A DNA stretch of 64,000 bases from Macrostomum lignano (lineage: Eukaryota): the NCBI GenBank assembly GCA_002269645.1, contig NIVC01002514.1, positions 1 through 64,000 of the forward strand, in the 5' to 3' direction. The notes beneath the pieces are model-generated. The model was not told where the DNA came from, searched no databases, and saw only the letters and a list, made by a program, of their open reading frames with translations. Of the stretch, positions 60,001 through 64,000 are shown piece after piece. Position 1 is the stretch's first letter. Every line of letters begins with the position of its first letter. The position numbers were made by a program, and so were the translations under genes.

Positions 60001-63000
60001 ATTTTTACATTTGAAATTGTGTATCTTTTATGTTTAACAGGGTGGCTCTTTTATGTTCTACAATGTGGCTCTTTTTTGTTCTACATGGTAACTCTTTTAT
60101 GTTTGATACGGTGGCTTTTCAATGTCTGACATAGTGGCTCTTCTCTGTTTGACAGGGTGGCTCTTCTTTGTTTAACAAAGTGGCTTTTTAATGTTTGACA
60201 TGGTGGCTCTTTTATGTTTGACATGGTGGCTCTTTAATGTTTGAAATGGTGGCTCTTTAATGTTCAACATAGTGGCTTTTTTAGGTTCAACATAATGGCT
60301 CTTTAGTGTTTGACAATGTGGCTCTTAATGTTTTACATGGTGGCTCTTTTATATTCAACATGGTGGCTCTTTTTTGTTTAACATGGTGGCTCTTTAATAT
60401 TCTACATAATGGCTCTTTTTTGTTTAACATGGTGGCTCTTTAAGGTTCAAAATGGTGGCTCTTTTATGTTTGACATGGTGACTCTTTAATGTTTGACATG
60501 GTGGCTCTTAAATGTTTGACATGGTGGCTCTTTAATGTTTGACATGGTGGCTCTTTAATGTTAGACATGATAGCTCTTTATGCTCGATATGGTGGCTCTT
60601 TACTGTTTGACATGGTGGCTCTTTAATGTTAGACATGATAGCTCTTTTATTTCGATATGGTGGCTCTTTAATATTTGACATGGTAGCTCTTTTATGTTCA
60701 ATATGGTGGCTCTTTAATGTTCAACATGGTTGCTCTTCTATGCTTGACATGTGCTTTTTTATGTTTAGCAGTTTTGTGTGTTTTTAAGGTGTTTTAATAA
60801 AAAAAATTTTGCACTACTAAGATTTGAACCCAGGTCGCTACATTAGCATTCCAGTCTGTTCGCATCTGGGCTATCTCTTTTTAATTGGAGAACGTGAATT
60901 GTAGCCCTTATAATTCAATTCTTACAGCAAGTCGGTTAGAGTAAAAAGTTATGACATAATCAATTTCTCAGTCAGCCAGTATCAGTCCCAATTTAAGTTA
61001 GTAATATGGTTATGCAATATTAATCAAGTCTTGTGCACATTTTTTCAACACTTTCCAACTTGTTGTGATGTAATCTTTATTAGAGTTGAAATTCAGTCAG
61101 TCAGTTTTTTCTTTAGCATTCTTACAATGCATTTCAGGTCGAAAGAGCTGCTTGACCTTTGCAAAAAAGCATGTTTTTTGAATATTTAATGCCTTTAACA
61201 TTGAGCATTTTTTTAGCCAAGATGCATGTACCGTCCCAGGAAAATTTCTGATCAAATGGTGCAAGTTTGAAGAAAATTGGTTGAGCCGTTTTTTTCTGAA
61301 ATCTATCTCACAGAGACACACAACTCATTTTTAGTATATAGGATATATCCATAATCTAGCTCATGCTGGTGCATATCTAAACAAAAATTAAATAATTAAA
61401 ATGTGTACCAAAAAAATTTAAGTCCATGCCCATACATGCATAACCTTGGGAATCACTTGGCCATTTCTATTAGCAACACACATGTAAGTCGCTATTGGCT
61501 GAGAGTAGTCACGTGACTACTATTCCATCCAATAGTAATTTACATATGTATGTTGCTAATAGAAACAGCTAGGTAAATCCTTAGGTTGCACCCAAATATG
61601 TGCATACCCATTCTAAAATTCAAATATATTCCTTTTTTGCATTGCAACAATAAATGACCTTTTTGAATTGCATCAAGGAACCTTTTGGCTAATAATATGG
61701 TTAATTTTTTGCTTTTTGTCAGTACTACTTATAGCAAAAAATGAAAACATGCAAAGATTTGGCTAAATGCCTTGTTATAGTTTTTTAAATTATAAAACTT
61801 CAAATTTATACTTTAAATGATCTTTTTTTTCTATTTAACACAAACTTTTCTGCATGATTCTATAATATAAAGTGCATGCCAAATGTGTATGCATACTATT
61901 TTCTTAGAAGTGATTCATGCCAACTATGCATAGTACTTTTGGCATGCAAAGCAAAACAATAAACATATAAAGTGCATATATATTTCTAGTAAACATAATA
62001 ATTCACTTTAGTAAAGATTCTAATCACTTTGTCAATTGCCAACTTGTCAACTTGGCTATCTAAAAGGGTATTATTCTGGCAGCCAAAGTGTATGCAACAG
62101 GCAGCACCAGTGCAGCCACACTGAAAACCCCCCCAACCTCTGTCTAGCTGAGGTGGGGTAGGTGCATACTAACCAAAAATTGTGTAATTTAGAATCTCTG
62201 AGTTAGCAACTAGAAATTATAGCATCTATTTTTTATCCATGCAAAGTTCATAGCACTTGTCCTAGATTGTATAATTAAGTAGCTTTTTAATTCTAGTTGA
62301 AATTGCCACTGGCATAGGATATTCTTGTTTGCTTGAAACAATGAAAAATTTCAAATTTAATTTAATTTAGCAAATTTATAAGGTGCAACTTGAAGGATTG
62401 GAAAGCCTCTAGCTAAAAGTTAAAGCTAATATCAATATGATACTTGTACTAGGATTTTTGTAGGCTGTCAATGACCTTGTAAAGCCCTAGAAATAAAATT
62501 AAATAGCTTTTATAAATCAGTCTAAAAACCAGAGTCATGACTAACAAAACAAAATTTATGCTGACTGGTTCAAGTTATATTCTACAAAATTATTATTATT
62601 ACTTAAATAGTTGTATATTTATGTATCACTTTGTAACAGTTGTAAAAAATCATGAAACTAGTTTTTGTTAAATCTCTGCTACACCCAACTTCAAGGCAAT
62701 AAAAATAAAACCCGAAAAATGGCCAGAAATAACCCAGTAAAAATTGGGCAAAGAACCTTTGCTTCCAGGTGCTTATCTTATTTGCAGTTGTAATTATAAT
62801 AGAACAGTAATTACCAAACATGATTTTGAACTTATAATTGTGTAATATAATCCTAATTAATCCCAGGAAAGGGAGGCAAGAATCGCCGGCGAGGTAAGAA
62901 TGAAAACGAGTCAATGAAGCGCGAACTGGTGTACAAGGAGGATGGTCAGGAGTATGGCAAAGTTGAGAAGATGCTCGGCAACGGCCGCTTAGAGGCCTAT

Positions 63001-63187
63001 TGTTTCGATGGCGTGAAACGGCTGTGTCATATTCGCGGCAAACTGCGCAAGAAGGTATGGATTAATCAGGGCGATATTATCTTGGTGGGCCTGCGCGATT
63101 ATCAGGACACCAAGGCCGATGTTATCATGAAGTACAACCCTGACGAGGTCCGGAATCTGAAGACCTACGGAGAGATCCCCGAGTCTG
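57009..63187 (+). CDS. EIF1A: Eukaryotic translation initiation factor 1A; C-terminal exon lies beyond the window
   Basis: Exon 57009-57024 (ATG CCG AAG AAT AAA G|GTATGA) and exon 62867-63187 give [112 protein letters not shown]. Confidence 0.97.
57230..57623. mobile_element. Mutator-type MITE in eIF1A intron 1
   Basis: About 65-bp TIRs beginning CGAAGAGCTTGCGTGCACGGC; 9-bp TSD GTGTGGATA/GTGCGGATA (one CpG-type mismatch). Confidence 0.75.
57780..59660. mobile_element. Nest of related non-autonomous elements or inverted repeats in eIF1A intron 1
   Basis: Motif CATAGTC(C)AG(G)AAGGTGGC near 57830 and 58190, inverted near 58975. GCACGCC/GGCGTGC motifs recur in both orientations. About 59030-59395 has an inverted homolog at about 61600-61930. 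Confidence 0.5.
59780..59945. repeat. 18-bp minisatellite CCCCAGATAGCAAGCATC
   Basis: eIF1A intron 1. Confidence 0.9.
60030..60760. repeat. ~23-bp minisatellite TGACATGGTGGCTCTTTAATGTT
   Basis: eIF1A intron 1. Confidence 0.92.
61130..61345 (+). mobile_element. Possible Helitron/Helentron-like non-autonomous fragment
   Basis: CAAGTTTGAAGAAAATTGGTTGAGCCGTTTT...ACAGAGACACAC...TTTTAGTATATAGGA resembles the DINE-1/HINE layout; recalled resemblance only. Confidence 0.3.
61464..61565. other. Fold-back palindrome centred on GTAGTCACGTGACTAC
   Basis: TTTCTATTAGCAACA (61464-) pairs perfectly with TGTTGCTAATAGAAA (-61565); 16-bp perfect central palindrome at 61505-61520; degenerate arms extend to about 61390-61620. 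Confidence 0.8.
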
Positions 63188-63199
63188 GTAAGTTGCTTA

Positions 63200-64000
63200 A
63201 ATTTGTCACAATCAGTGCCACATCAATGCCATGGTGCCGTAATGTCTCCGCTTTCAGTGTCACAATCTGTCACTTTCAGTTCCAAAATCTGTCACTTTCA
63301 GTGTCACAATCTGTCACTTTCAGTGTCACAATCTGTCACTTTCAGTGTCACAATCTGTCACTTTCAGTGCCACAATCTGTCACTTTCAGTGTCACAATCT
63401 GTCACTTTCACAATCAGTGCCACAATCTGTCACTTTCAGTGTCACAATCTGTCACTTTCACAATCAGTGCCACAATCTGTCACTTTCAGTGTCACAATCT
63501 GTCACTTTCACAATCAGTGCCACAATCTGTCACTTTAATTTCACAATCAGTGGCACAATCTGTCACTTTACTTTCACAATCAGTGCCACAATCTTTCACT
63601 TTACTTTCACAATCAGTGCCACAATCTGTCACTTTCACAATCAGTGTCACAATCTGTCACTTTCACAATCAGTGCCACAATCTGTCACTTTCACAATCAG
63701 TGTCACAATCTGTCACTTTCAAATTCAGTGTCACAATCTGTCACTTTCACAATCAGTGCCACAATCTGTCACTTTCACAATCAGTGTCACAATCTGTCAC
63801 TTTCACAATCAGTGCCACAATCTGTCACTTTCACAATCAGTGCCACAATCTGTCACTTTCACAATCAGTGCCACAATCTGTCACTTTCACAATCAGTGCC
63901 ACAATCTGTCACTTTCACATTCAGTGCCACAATCTGTCACTTTCACAATCAGTGCCACAATCTGTCACTTTCACAATCAGTGCCACAATCTGTCACTTTC
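63200..64000. repeat. 19/28-bp minisatellite CACAATCTGTCACTTT(CAGTGT/CACAATCAGTGC)
   Basis: eIF1A intron 2; runs off the window end. Confidence 0.95.

Noticed and set aside
60800-60880. tRNA-like sequence on the minus strand (TAGCCCAGATG...GGTTCAAATC followed by a T-run)
   Set aside because: No acceptor stem or cloverleaf could be built; at most a decayed SINE head.
1-64000. Consistent C-rich sense-strand bias or shared AATC(C/G)CC motif across arrays
   Set aside because: Several arrays (2520, 20935, 37430, 42575) show the opposite skew; not supportable by eye.

Overview
Eukaryotic (animal) genomic DNA with GC-rich exons and GT-AG introns. The minisatellite-filled introns suggest a free-living flatworm such as Macrostomum; this is inference from style only. 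I hand-spliced eight genes: an HR96/DAF-12-like nuclear receptor (+, 5' end outside the window), GKAP1 (-), an unrecognised 120-aa secreted protein (+), VPS15/PIK3R4 (-, 13 exons), RER1 (-), BRF1 (-), CCDC51 (-) and eIF1A (+, 3' end outside the window). There is also a 458-aa orphan ORF (-). Mobile DNA includes a Penelope-like retroelement with a candidate minimal hammerhead ribozyme, a decayed MULE transposase, hAT- and MULE-type MITEs with visible TSDs, and a CORE-like tRNA SINE. Main oddities: (1) every intron over about 450 nt carries a minisatellite, nearly always with its own unit. (2) One 28-bp unit is shared by introns of two unrelated genes and supplies a VPS15 splice acceptor. (3) The same ~64-nt piece of 28S rRNA (the R2/I-PpoI target region) appears twice in introns with its central target site altered, once inside a hAT MITE. 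All coordinates were counted by hand; repeat boundaries are approximate.
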